Origin: Candidatus Uhrbacteria bacterium | GTDB lineage: Bacteria > Patescibacteriota > Patescibacteriia > JACQRZ01 | DNA: 64,000 bases | Direction: 5' to 3' | NCBI GenBank assembly: GCA_016206175.1 | Contig: JACQSB010000028.1 | Coordinates: 2,313 to 66,312, forward strand | Position numbers and translations under genes: made by a program | The notes under the pieces: generated by a model | Databases searched by the model: none | Told to the model about the DNA's origin: nothing | The model's input: the letters and a program-made list of their open reading frames with translations, nothing else | Shown: positions 44,309 to 53,570 of the stretch, piece after piece | How positions within the stretch are numbered: the stretch's first letter is position 1 | How the letters are laid out: each line of letters starts with the position of its first letter

Positions 44309-45360
44309 TAGAACGAATAGCCGGTCAGGGCTTGCTCTTTGCGTTTTTCAAACGTTTCTTTTGAAATCTTTTTTGCCTTGTACAATCTTTCCAATGCCTT
44401 GGTCATTGTCACCATGCCTTCTTCTCCGCCGGTCTGCATGACGGAGTTGATCTGCTCAAAGTTGCCGGATCGGATGATATTTGCCACCGCTTTCGTATTG
44501 ATGAGGATTTCTCGCGCCGCGACCAGTGCGCCGGCATCCGAAGGGACGAGCTGTTGAAAGATTACTGCCCGGAGGTTTTCGGCAAGCTGCGTTTTGATTT
44601 GGCGCTGTTCGTGTGGTTCGAAGATATCAATAACGCGCAGTATCGTGGATGCCGCGCTTGACGTATGCAGCGTTGAAAATACCAAATGCCCCGTTTCCGC
44701 GATCCGCAGCGTTTGCTCTACTGTATCTTTATCCCGCATTTCACCCACCATGATAACATTTGGGTCTTGGCGAAATACCGTGCGGAGAGCGGAATCAAAT
44801 GTCGGCGAGTCGATGCCGATCTCCCGCTGTTCCACGGCGCTTTGCTTATGCTCAAAGACATATTCGATCGGATCTTCTACAGTGATGATTTTGCATGTTC
44901 GTTCAGCATTGATTGCGTTTAACATCGCCGCAAGCGTTGTGGATTTCCCGCTTCCCGTAGGGCCGCAGACCAGAATCAGGCCGTGTCGCAGCTTGGTGAG
45001 CGTGCGCTCTGTTTCGCCTAGGTTGATATCATCAAATGTCGGAATGTCTGCTTTGATAATGCGCGCGCAGAGCGCCGCATGCCCCCGTTCGTAGTGTACA
45101 TTGATACGCAGGCGTTCGTTGCGTGAAAACGCGTAAGCAAAGTCCGTATCACAGCGCTGCGCGAGTTCATCTTTCGCCTTTGGCGTAAGCACTTGCGCGA
45201 TAAGTGCGTCGAGAGCCGCATCATCGAGAATATCACCGTTATAGTCGGCAAGCTCTCCATTGATGCGCAGCTGCGCACTCTTGCCAAACATCAGATGGAT
45301 ATCTGACGCATTCTTTGCGTACGCCTCTTTGTACATGTCGTAAAAGGAGAGTTTTGCCAT
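44305..45360 (-). CDS. pilT: Type IV pilus retraction ATPase PilT
   Basis: Walker A (VCGPTGSGKSTT), the Asp box, Walker B (VGEMRD) and the His box (FSTLHT). Confidence 0.9.
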   Translation of the reverse strand: MAKLSFYDMYKEAYAKNASDIHLMFGKSAQLRINGELADYNGDILDDAALDALIAQVLTPKAKDELAQRCDTDFAYAFSRNERLRINVHYERGHAALCARIIKADIPTFDDINLGETERTLTKLRHGLILVCGPTGSGKSTTLAAMLNAINAERTCKIITVEDPIEYVFEHKQSAVEQREIGIDSPTFDSALRTVFRQDPNVIMVGEMRDKDTVEQTLRIAETGHLVFSTLHTSSAASTILRVIDIFEPHEQRQIKTQLAENLRAVIFQQLVPSDAGALVAAREILINTKAVANIIRSGNFEQINSVMQTGGEEGMVTMTKALERLYKAKKISKETFEKRKEQALTGYSFY

Positions 45361-45378
45361 GGCTGTGAATTTATCTTA

Positions 45379-45416
45379 TTGATATAATGCTATCATTTTG
45401 ATATAATGCTATCATT
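45379..45416. repeat. Perfect tandem duplication, 2 x 19 bp (TTGATATAATGCTATCATT)
   Basis: Read directly in the pilT-proximal intergenic region. Each copy contains a TATAAT-like hexamer. Confidence 0.9.
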
Positions 45417-45541
45417 ATAGCCATTACCAGATTTTGAGCAAGGAAGAAAAGGCGGAATTGTAGAAATATAACGTGGGGACTTCGAGGGATTTAAGGATAG
45501 GACGGGAGAATTGAAAAAACAGTGAGATTAATCTATAATTA

Positions 45542-45564
45542 TTGATATATCCGAGATATATCAA
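45542..45564. promoter_or_regulatory. Perfect inverted repeat TTGATATATC-CGA-GATATATCAA (operator-like)
   Basis: Read directly, 33 nt upstream of ATG 45597. It shares the TTGATATA core with the 19-bp repeats. Confidence 0.6.
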
Positions 45565-45596
45565 TCGGTAGTTTTAGATATCTCCATTTTATTACT

Positions 45597-46820
45597 ATGG
45601 CAATAGAAAGTAGGATTTCTGAAAGAGTAGCAGCTCAGGAGCAGAAAGACGTTCTACAAAAGCCGGAGAGTCCCAAACAGCAGCTTGAGAAACTTACTGC
45701 TGAACTTACGGCACTTACCGCAAGAATCAAAGAGCGTGCCGAGCCCGTTCATACAGCAGCCGTCATTCAAGAACACGATGCTTCTCTGCAAAAGTTCGCA
45801 GCGGAGTCTAACGTTTCTACCCAAGAAGCTGCGTCGACACCTGAAGAAACTGCTCAAGTTGCGACAGAGGTAGATGAACGCAACACAAGGATGAGCGAAT
45901 TGCTTCAAGACGTTTCCGACATAGAAGTTCTCCTGGCTACCTACGGCGAAACAACTCCGACACGGGAGGCGCAAGAACAAACCGCAGAGGACAGGCCTGA
46001 AGAGCAGTTCACACAGTCGAGTCAACCACACGGTTCTGACGCAGCGACCGAAGATTTTTTGCGTTCTTGGCGAGAAACAAGGACCCAACGAAAGCTTCAG
46101 AAACGCGAAAAAGAGGAATCTGATACAAAGTCATCACAGAGTGAAAGGAGAGAGGTGCGCACTGATGAGTTGGAACAAGAGCTGCTTATGCAACGAGGAT
46201 ACCTTAATGAAAGTCAAGAACAGGTACATAATTACCAAAAAAAATTAGATGCTAATAATAAAACAAGAGAAGAATTAAATGAAGCGAAAGAAAAAATAAA
46301 TCAAGACATCGAAGGAACAGAGAATCGTATTACAAACGGCGAGCAGGCTGCCAGGCAACAAGAAGAGCTTATTCAAACCACGTCAACTGATATTGAAACA
46401 TTATCACAACAACTCCGAGAGCTCCAAGGTAGATCCTCGGCAGAGAAAGATAAGGACGCAAGAGCAGCCCTTGAAAATGAGATTCAACGCGTACAAGAAA
46501 CCATCGTAGAGAAGAAAAACGCGCTTTCTACTTACCAAGAGCAACTGCGAGCAATCAAAGAAAATCTTGAAAAGGACAAAGAGCATCTTTCTCATGTAGA
46601 ACAACAGAAGAAGGAGCTCCTCTCTAGAGAAGTAGAGCTTATGAAAGAACAACAAGAACTGCAAAGTGATATCGAACAAGCACAACGCGACGTCATCGGA
46701 CACCAACAGAACATAGAAAAAATAAAAGATATTATCGAACAGTTGGAGAAAAATCCGGATCTAGACATGACATATATACTGCCCAATCGAGGAGGAAGTA
46801 TTATAATTAAAACGAAGTAA
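45597..46820 (+). CDS. Acidic coiled-coil protein (407 aa)
   Basis: E/Q/K-rich heptad-like sequence over most of its length, in an AT-rich coding region. Confidence 0.7.
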   Translation: MAIESRISERVAAQEQKDVLQKPESPKQQLEKLTAELTALTARIKERAEPVHTAAVIQEHDASLQKFAAESNVSTQEAASTPEETAQVATEVDERNTRMSELLQDVSDIEVLLATYGETTPTREAQEQTAEDRPEEQFTQSSQPHGSDAATEDFLRSWRETRTQRKLQKREKEESDTKSSQSERREVRTDELEQELLMQRGYLNESQEQVHNYQKKLDANNKTREELNEAKEKINQDIEGTENRITNGEQAARQQEELIQTTSTDIETLSQQLRELQGRSSAEKDKDARAALENEIQRVQETIVEKKNALSTYQEQLRAIKENLEKDKEHLSHVEQQKKELLSREVELMKEQQELQSDIEQAQRDVIGHQQNIEKIKDIIEQLEKNPDLDMTYILPNRGGSIIIKTK

Positions 46821-46833
46821 GACGTAACGTATT

Positions 46834-47094
46834 ATGCTTGATCCTGCTATCAAACGAATAATTGATGAGAAAATTCTTGATTTGAAAAAGCAAAAACTTT
46901 CTCCTGTTGTATTTCAAGCGAGAGCCCGACTTGCTGTGTATGAAGTAGCGCAAAAAGCGCTTTCCGCCATATTCTTAAAAATTTCACGAGCAGATCAGAA
47001 TATGAAGCAGTCATTACTGGCGATACGGAATAAGCGTCTCGCTCGGATCGAACAACGCGCGATAAGTCTCATACGAGATAAACTAAAAGCGTAG
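46834..47094 (+). CDS. Hypothetical 86-aa helical protein
   Basis: ATG start 13 nt after the upstream stop. No family was recognised. Confidence 0.5.
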   Translation: MLDPAIKRIIDEKILDLKKQKLSPVVFQARARLAVYEVAQKALSAIFLKISRADQNMKQSLLAIRNKRLARIEQRAISLIRDKLKA

Positions 47095-47172
47095 TATTTT
47101 TGTCACTTTTTGCAATTTTCTTTTTTATTGTATACTACCCTCATCCATTATCCATCACTTTTCTGTAAATCT

Positions 47173-50100
47173 ATGAAAAGACTTGCGTTTTTCGTTTTGA
47201 TCGGCGCGCTTCTTATGCCTGCCGGAAATCTTCAGGCTCAATTAGCGAAGCCGACGATCACCTCTTTTGAGGTTACGGGAGGCTATTTTCTGATTGAAGG
47301 TGAAAATGCGACATTTTCCTGGAAATCGGAGAATGCGTCTTACTGTATGGCCGACGGAGACTGGTCCGGCACGCGAGATGCGTCAGGGTCTTTTGATCTC
47401 TACATCACCAGCACGGTTGGATACGCGCGGTATCAGTTAGTTTGCTATGATTCCCTCGGCAATCGCAGTTCATCTGCTGTCTTGACTCCGTTTGTAGGGT
47501 CATCCGGTTTCAAAAAACAACAGGGCAGCTTGGCGGTTGTTTCTGCAAAAGTGACATCTACTGATCCGAATAACGCCACCATTGTTGCGGAAATGACGCA
47601 AACACCCGCGGCCGCTTCGATCGTATTGCACGAGATGACAACCGGACCTGCTGATCCGGCTGATAAATTGAGTATGTTTTTGCCCTCAACAGCGCTGACG
47701 AGCGGAACCGTAACTTTCCGTTTTGACGGTCCCGCACGGCCAACTGCAGGTAAATCATACGCGTACACAATCACGGCTCAAGGCGTGAACGCGACCGACA
47801 TTACGACATATTCAGGCACTATCACGATTGACGTTGATTTTAAGGTGGAGTCGACGCGTACTGACGCTTCTACGCAATCAACTGGGGACGGCGTCGAACG
47901 CATCGAATCAGAGAAAAATGTGTATGTGGCATTTTCACACCCTGCAAAAAACGTAACAACAACTGTTACTTCCTTTGATCAGGCAGGCACGCAGCTTACC
48001 AGTGAATACGTGAAGACATACGAGTACCCTTCCTACCTTTATCAGAATGATCAGAAAGGCTTTGCGGCAGGAACATTTTCTAACCTTCCGCGTGGGAGAA
48101 AGTTTCAATATGTTGTTAAAGGGCAGGAGCGGGGAAGCGGCAAGCCGGCCAGTTATACCGGCACGTTTACGACAGCGCCCGAGATTTTGGTTTCAGAGGG
48201 AGATATTATGCCATCTTATACGGAAGCCTATATTACTTGGAAGACAAACGTGCCAACCGGTAGCGCGATCGAATATTATACAACTGACCCCAAGAACACC
48301 CAGTTTGCCTTTAGCGAGCAGGAGTATCCGCAAACATTCCATAAAGTGACTGTAAAAGACCTCAAGCCGGATACCGAGTATAAAGCAATCATCCACGCGT
48401 ATATCCACAATGAAGGCGGCGAAACGGATACCACGAAGAAAATGACGCCCCTTACGTTCCGCACAAAAGTGGCGACGCAGGATATGATCGTCTGCCCCGA
48501 AGTATATGCGCCGGTCTGCGGAAAAGACAACAAGACATATTCAAACAGCTGCAAGGCCAAAGCCGCTAACGCTTCAGTCGCGTATGAGGGTTCGTGCAAG
48601 CCATTTAAGATCAGCTCTCTTCGTGTAGATAAACTTGACGCGTTAGGAAAGTCAGCGGAGGACGAACGGTCGTTTGCGATCAGCACCAGTGATCCATTCA
48701 GCAAAATCGTCATTTCTCTTTGGGAAGCGCCGAATACATCAATAACGCAACCAACGTACACTACGGCGACGATCCAAGGGAATGGAACGCTTACGTCGAT
48801 ATATGTCAGTCCCGGTGTATTCGATAAGAAATTGCGGCCGAATAAAACGTACAAGTATCTCGTGACGGCATACAAATACGGCGCGACAGAGGACCTTAAT
48901 ACCAGCGTAGGGGATACGTTTACCACATCAGATTTCACTCCTTCAAAATGGCCCTCGAATCAATTCAACATTGAAAAAGTTGAAGTGTCATCCTTTGATA
49001 ATGCCGGCAATCCTGCACAAGATACGCGCACTTTTACGGTATGGATGAATGCTCCTTTTTCAAAGATTACAATCAACGTATGGAAGGTGCCATTCTCAGG
49101 CGAGATTAACTGGCCTACCGCTCTTTCCGGCGCTCCTTATACATCCGAAAGCACAAAAGGTGATGGGTCGACAAGCAAAGTAACACTTGCCCCGACGTTC
49201 GATAAAAAGTTTTTGCCCAACACGCGATATGCCTACACCGTTTTGGCAGATTTGTATAACTCATCACAGAGTACTCTCATCAACTCGAATACTTTTTCTC
49301 AAGGTACGTTCACCACATCAGACTTTACACCCTCGAAAGGTGTGCCGATCACGCTTGAAGGCAGAGTATATACCGCAGGCGATGAAAAAGAAGAGATGCT
49401 CTACCGCGACTTTGGTGTCACGTATAAGACAGATCTCTTTAAAGGCAAAAAGACCGAAACGCTTTCCGTCTATGAGCAAGCGACAAACAAACGCATTGCA
49501 TATAAAGATTTAAGTAATGAGCAGTCATTCGTTGACAACTTACATGCAAATACAACGTACCGGTATCTCTACGAGATCACTGACGAGTATGGCACATACG
49601 GGGCTGCACAGGGTTCGTTCACCACAGGAACACCGCCGGTCAAAAAACTCGAAGGCCGCGTGTATACCGCGGGCGAAGAGAAATACGAAGCGTTGTACCG
49701 TGATTTCGGTGTGTCGTACAAAGCCGCTGATTTTAAAGGAAAACTCACCCAAATACTGGAGGTATTTGAATTGCCAAGCAACACACGTATTGCGAAGAAA
49801 GATTTGGCGTATGAGCACTCGTTTGTCAGTGGTCTGAAGCCGAAGACGAAGTACCGGTATCTATACGAAATCATTGACGAGCGGGGCGTGACTGGCAGAG
49901 CAGAAGGGACATTTGAGACCAGTACACCTCCGAAACCAAAAGAAGAAAAACAGGAATTTGCTGTCCGCACTGTTCGTGTGGAAAAGCAGACACAAGTTAC
50001 CGCGGATGGCGGCATTGAGCCTATTGAGAGTGCGTACGACCTTTATCCAACATTCAGCCGTCCGGCAAAGGAAGTCAAACTTGACGTGTATCAGAAAAAG

Positions 50101-51279
50101 GATAACTCGCGCGTATCGAGCTATACGTATCCTGAACAATTCGTCACTGCAGATAAAACGAGCTTTGCTTTGAGCGTATTCGGCCTTGAATCAGCAACTG
50201 ACTATCGGTATATCATTACCGGCCGCGCGCAAGATACTGGCGAGCTCGCGCGATACGAAGGAGAGCTCAAGACGTCAGCATTCAAAAAGAGTGCGATTTC
50301 AGAAGTGCCTCCGACACCTAAAGTGACACCACCTCCGGATTCATCCGAGCACGGGCAAATTTGCGGCCAAGCGATCACGTATGGTCGCAATCCTGCAAAC
50401 GGACAAGTGAGACAGTTTCCTACGACGTGTTTGCCCGAAGGTTGGGAGCAGGTTCCGTATTCAGAGATCATCGGAGTGCCTGTTGAAAAGCCAACGCAGG
50501 GCGTTTCTGATGACAAGCGTGAAGAGCAAGCGCGCGCGATCGAAGAGAAAGCAAAACTTCTGACCGAACGCAAACTCGACGCGGTGCTTTCCGAGCTCCA
50601 GCAATTACGTGATAAGGTTAAAGAGCAGGAAACAGAGTTAAAATATCTCAAAAAGATTTCCACCGACGTCGGAAAGCTCGCCGAGGCCATGCAGGAAGCG
50701 CTTACCACCTTCGTTACCTACGGTGTGGACTCCAATACCAAATATCTCGGAGCAGGTGAACGCGCCGCTGTGGTGCGTTCCTATCAGACAGCATACGGCA
50801 AGCTGCCGGATAGCGATAAAGAGCTTGAAGATATGATCCGCATCGCAAACGGCAGATTTCCTTCGGAACGCAACGAGACAGCGGAAAAGCGGGCGAATTT
50901 GCAATTCAAGCGTATCTTCAAGCGCGTTGCAAATCTGCGCAATGACAATGATCGAGCGGCGATCATGGTGATGGCATACGGACTGCGGCAGGCTGCGGAA
51001 AATCGCAATATGCAGAGCGAGGCACGAGGCATTACAACGTTCAAAGCAATCTATGACCATACGCCGCAGAGCCCCGAAGAATGGAATATCATGCAATCAA
51101 TCACATACTCCGGCGCAAGCCGCAAGAAAGACAGCGATAAAGATCTGCTCGCCGATGAAGATGAAAAAGATTACGGTACTGACCCGAATAATCCTGACTC
51201 GGACGGCGATGGATTTGCCGATGGTTTGGAAGTAGAAAACGGATTTAATCCGGCAGGGGAGGGGAAATTTGAGGCATAG
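47173..51279 (+). CDS. Giant secreted repeat protein (1368 aa): beta-modules, Kazal-like domain, coiled coil, C-terminal TSP3-like calcium-binding repeat
   Basis: Signal peptide at ATG 47173 (MKRLAFFVLIGALLMPAGNLQA). A Kazal-like segment (CPEVYAPVCGKDNKTYSNSC...C) is encoded at 48492-48597, and the C-terminus reads DPNNPDSDGDGFADGLEVENGFNP. Confidence 0.85.
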   Translation: MKRLAFFVLIGALLMPAGNLQAQLAKPTITSFEVTGGYFLIEGENATFSWKSENASYCMADGDWSGTRDASGSFDLYITSTVGYARYQLVCYDSLGNRSSSAVLTPFVGSSGFKKQQGSLAVVSAKVTSTDPNNATIVAEMTQTPAAASIVLHEMTTGPADPADKLSMFLPSTALTSGTVTFRFDGPARPTAGKSYAYTITAQGVNATDITTYSGTITIDVDFKVESTRTDASTQSTGDGVERIESEKNVYVAFSHPAKNVTTTVTSFDQAGTQLTSEYVKTYEYPSYLYQNDQKGFAAGTFSNLPRGRKFQYVVKGQERGSGKPASYTGTFTTAPEILVSEGDIMPSYTEAYITWKTNVPTGSAIEYYTTDPKNTQFAFSEQEYPQTFHKVTVKDLKPDTEYKAIIHAYIHNEGGETDTTKKMTPLTFRTKVATQDMIVCPEVYAPVCGKDNKTYSNSCKAKAANASVAYEGSCKPFKISSLRVDKLDALGKSAEDERSFAISTSDPFSKIVISLWEAPNTSITQPTYTTATIQGNGTLTSIYVSPGVFDKKLRPNKTYKYLVTAYKYGATEDLNTSVGDTFTTSDFTPSKWPSNQFNIEKVEVSSFDNAGNPAQDTRTFTVWMNAPFSKITINVWKVPFSGEINWPTALSGAPYTSESTKGDGSTSKVTLAPTFDKKFLPNTRYAYTVLADLYNSSQSTLINSNTFSQGTFTTSDFTPSKGVPITLEGRVYTAGDEKEEMLYRDFGVTYKTDLFKGKKTETLSVYEQATNKRIAYKDLSNEQSFVDNLHANTTYRYLYEITDEYGTYGAAQGSFTTGTPPVKKLEGRVYTAGEEKYEALYRDFGVSYKAADFKGKLTQILEVFELPSNTRIAKKDLAYEHSFVSGLKPKTKYRYLYEIIDERGVTGRAEGTFETSTPPKPKEEKQEFAVRTVRVEKQTQVTADGGIEPIESAYDLYPTFSRPAKEVKLDVYQKKDNSRVSSYTYPEQFVTADKTSFALSVFGLESATDYRYIITGRAQDTGELARYEGELKTSAFKKSAISEVPPTPKVTPPPDSSEHGQICGQAITYGRNPANGQVRQFPTTCLPEGWEQVPYSEIIGVPVEKPTQGVSDDKREEQARAIEEKAKLLTERKLDAVLSELQQLRDKVKEQETELKYLKKISTDVGKLAEAMQEALTTFVTYGVDSNTKYLGAGERAAVVRSYQTAYGKLPDSDKELEDMIRIANGRFPSERNETAEKRANLQFKRIFKRVANLRNDNDRAAIMVMAYGLRQAAENRNMQSEARGITTFKAIYDHTPQSPEEWNIMQSITYSGASRKKDSDKDLLADEDEKDYGTDPNNPDSDGDGFADGLEVENGFNPAGEGKFEA
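49354..49941 (+). repeat. Two tandem 294-nt (98-aa) coding repeats inside the giant protein gene
   Basis: Each unit starts with LEGRVYTAG(D/E)EK.E.LYRDFGV.YK and ends with TYRYLYEI.DE.G, at 49354-49647 and 49648-49941. Confidence 0.8.
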
Positions 51280-51284
51280 CAGCT

Positions 51285-52055
51285 ATGCCTCAACATACAT
51301 TCTACGGACGCAAGCGCAATCTTTTTGACCCACATTCAACAGCGCCGTTTAAGCTCTCACGATCCAAAATCGAGCTCTTCACCAAGTGCGCGCGTTGTTT
51401 TTATCTTGATCGCCGTTTAGGCATCGCGCAGCCGCCGGGATTTCCCTTTAATCTCAACTCCGCCGTTGACCACCTACTGAAAAAAGAATTCGATATCCAT
51501 CGCGCAAAAAGCAAGGCGCATCCGCTTATGGCAAGTTATGGTCTTGACGCTGTGCCGTACGCGCATGAGCAGCTCGACGAATGGCGTGATCCGTTTCGGG
51601 GTATTACATATCATCATAAACCCTCCAATCTGCTCGTCACCGGCGGAGTTGATGATGTCTGGATCAATCCTTCCACCAAAGAACTCATCGTCGTTGATTA
51701 CAAAGCCACCAGCAAAGATACCGAGGTCACAATAGATGCTCCATGGCAAGATTCATATAAACGGCAGATGGAAGTGTATCAGTGGCTGTTCCGCCAAAAT
51801 GGGCACTCTGTATCAAATACGGGATATTTTGTATACTGTAATGGGAAGCGGGACGCCGAAGCGTTTGACGGCCGGCTTGAGTTTGATATCAAGCTGATAC
51901 CCTATGAGGGATCTGATGAATGGCTTGACCATACGCTTCTTAGCATACGATCGTGCTTGAACTCTGCTTCTATCCCCATCGCTTCGCGTATGTGCGATTA
52001 TTGCCAATATGCGACAGCAGTAGGGGATGCCCTCCGTGATCCGCTCTTCACTTAA
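51285..52055 (+). CDS. PD-(D/E)XK nuclease with four Cys (Cas4/AddB-nuclease-like)
   Basis: GGVDDV...VVDYKAT (D...DxK), QMEVYQWL (QxxxY), an N-terminal CARC and a C-terminal CDYC. Confidence 0.7.
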   Translation: MPQHTFYGRKRNLFDPHSTAPFKLSRSKIELFTKCARCFYLDRRLGIAQPPGFPFNLNSAVDHLLKKEFDIHRAKSKAHPLMASYGLDAVPYAHEQLDEWRDPFRGITYHHKPSNLLVTGGVDDVWINPSTKELIVVDYKATSKDTEVTIDAPWQDSYKRQMEVYQWLFRQNGHSVSNTGYFVYCNGKRDAEAFDGRLEFDIKLIPYEGSDEWLDHTLLSIRSCLNSASIPIASRMCDYCQYATAVGDALRDPLFT

Positions 52056-52072
52056 TCTCTAAAAAAGTGCGT

Positions 52073-53062
52073 ATGATCTTATTTCTTAAAATCATCCTTC
52101 TTTTCAGCGCTGTTACCGGTTTTCTGATCAGTTTCTATCTTTTCCATAAAAAACGGTCCCGCGAAACACTCATATGCCCGGTGGGATTCAAATGCAATGA
52201 AGTATTGCACAGCAAATACTCGCGTTTTTTCGGCATACCGGTTGAGCTTCTCGGTATCCTTTATTATGGATTCGTGATTGTCGTATATACGATCATATTT
52301 CAAGTAGGCGATGTGGTATCACAGCCCATCCTCTTTTTTGTGACGAGCATTTCTGTCGCGGCATTTCTTTTCTCGCTGTACCTCACATTCATCCAGGCAT
52401 TTCAAATCAAACAATGGTGCTCGTGGTGCCTCACTTCAGCCGGCTTATCCACCTTTATTCTTTTTGCATCACTTTCTACGACGCAAGTCGATGCCATGGG
52501 GGTTCTCATAGAGTACTACGATACGTTCTTTATGGCGCATGTGGTTTCCTATGCCGTCGCGCTTGGCGTTGCCACGATTTTGGATGTATTTTTTTTCAAG
52601 TTCCTCAAAGATTTTCGCATTTCAGAGTGGGAAGCTGATGTGCTGCACACCATATCCGAGGTGCTTTGGTTCGCGTTTGGATTTGTGGTATTAACCGGAG
52701 CCGCCCTTTACTTTCCGGAAAGCGAATTTCAGAGCCAGTCGCCGACATTTCTTGCGCACCTTGCCATCATTATCGTGCAGCTCATACTACTTAGCAGCTT
52801 GAGTCTTCTGATCACACCTCGACTGCATCATATCTCTCTGAAAGAAGAACATCGCCACCAAAGCGGAGAACTGCAGCGTACCCGCCGCTGGGGATATACA
52901 TTGGCTTCGCTGTCGTTTGTCACGTGGTATTACTCTTTCTTTCTGGCGTTCGTACAATTATCAGGCGTGAGTCTTTCGTCGATTCTCTGGCTCTACGCCG
53001 GTCTTGGTTTTGTCGCTGTCGTTGCCAGTCAGGTCATTCATCGTTCGTTTGGCCACGTCTAG
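52073..53062 (+). CDS. VKOR-domain fusion membrane protein
   Basis: The N-terminal VKOR module carries CPVGFKC and a WCSWC redox motif, followed by about 5 extra TM helices. ATG 52073 is preferred over GTG 52067. Confidence 0.7.
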   Translation: MILFLKIILLFSAVTGFLISFYLFHKKRSRETLICPVGFKCNEVLHSKYSRFFGIPVELLGILYYGFVIVVYTIIFQVGDVVSQPILFFVTSISVAAFLFSLYLTFIQAFQIKQWCSWCLTSAGLSTFILFASLSTTQVDAMGVLIEYYDTFFMAHVVSYAVALGVATILDVFFFKFLKDFRISEWEADVLHTISEVLWFAFGFVVLTGAALYFPESEFQSQSPTFLAHLAIIIVQLILLSSLSLLITPRLHHISLKEEHRHQSGELQRTRRWGYTLASLSFVTWYYSFFLAFVQLSGVSLSSILWLYAGLGFVAVVASQVIHRSFGHV

Positions 53063-53513
53063 CATTTGTTTGTATTGCCTGCCATGTTGAACCATCACGA
53101 ATGATGATCCAGTCAACGGGTTCATCCCATGGTTTTCGTGTGAAGTTTTGTCTCGAAAAGCGGCTGATGTCCGTTACGCCGATACGGATCCATTCCAATG
53201 GAATCGCCGAGAGGAAGCGGTCAAACCATCCGCGTCCGCGCCCATGCCGTGTACCTGACGCATCAAAGCGGATCCCGGGCGCAAGGATGCCGCACGCCAG
53301 CGATCCTACTGCACGAGCCACATGGTCTGCATACGCGAATGGATCTGCCTGTTTGCTTTTTGGCACCGTATGGATAGGTCGTTTTTCGTCAAAGATAGGC
53401 TTAAGAAATGGAATCGCACGAGGGTCAATTTCGTCTTGCAGAGGTTCATACGTCACCCATGCGGGAAGAGTGCCAATGATTTTTTCAAAAGAATTGTCTT
53501 GATGAGTGTTCAT
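53034..53513 (-). CDS. 5-formyltetrahydrofolate cyclo-ligase family protein
   Basis: PGIRFDASGTRHGRGRGWFDRFL matches the family's PG.AFD..G.R.G.G.GYYDR pattern. Confidence 0.7.
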   Translation of the reverse strand: MNTHQDNSFEKIIGTLPAWVTYEPLQDEIDPRAIPFLKPIFDEKRPIHTVPKSKQADPFAYADHVARAVGSLACGILAPGIRFDASGTRHGRGRGWFDRFLSAIPLEWIRIGVTDISRFSRQNFTRKPWDEPVDWIIIRDGSTWQAIQTNARRGQTNDE

Positions 53514-53570
53514 TGCTTACTTGCATGAATCTGCTATACTAATCCCTATACATTAACACAGAGTAATCGT

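Noticed and set aside
48276-48938. A 220-aa minus-strand ORF inside the giant protein gene.
   Set aside because: It is antisense to a 4.1-kb ORF with a signal peptide, a Kazal-like motif and internal repeats, and it has no features of its own.
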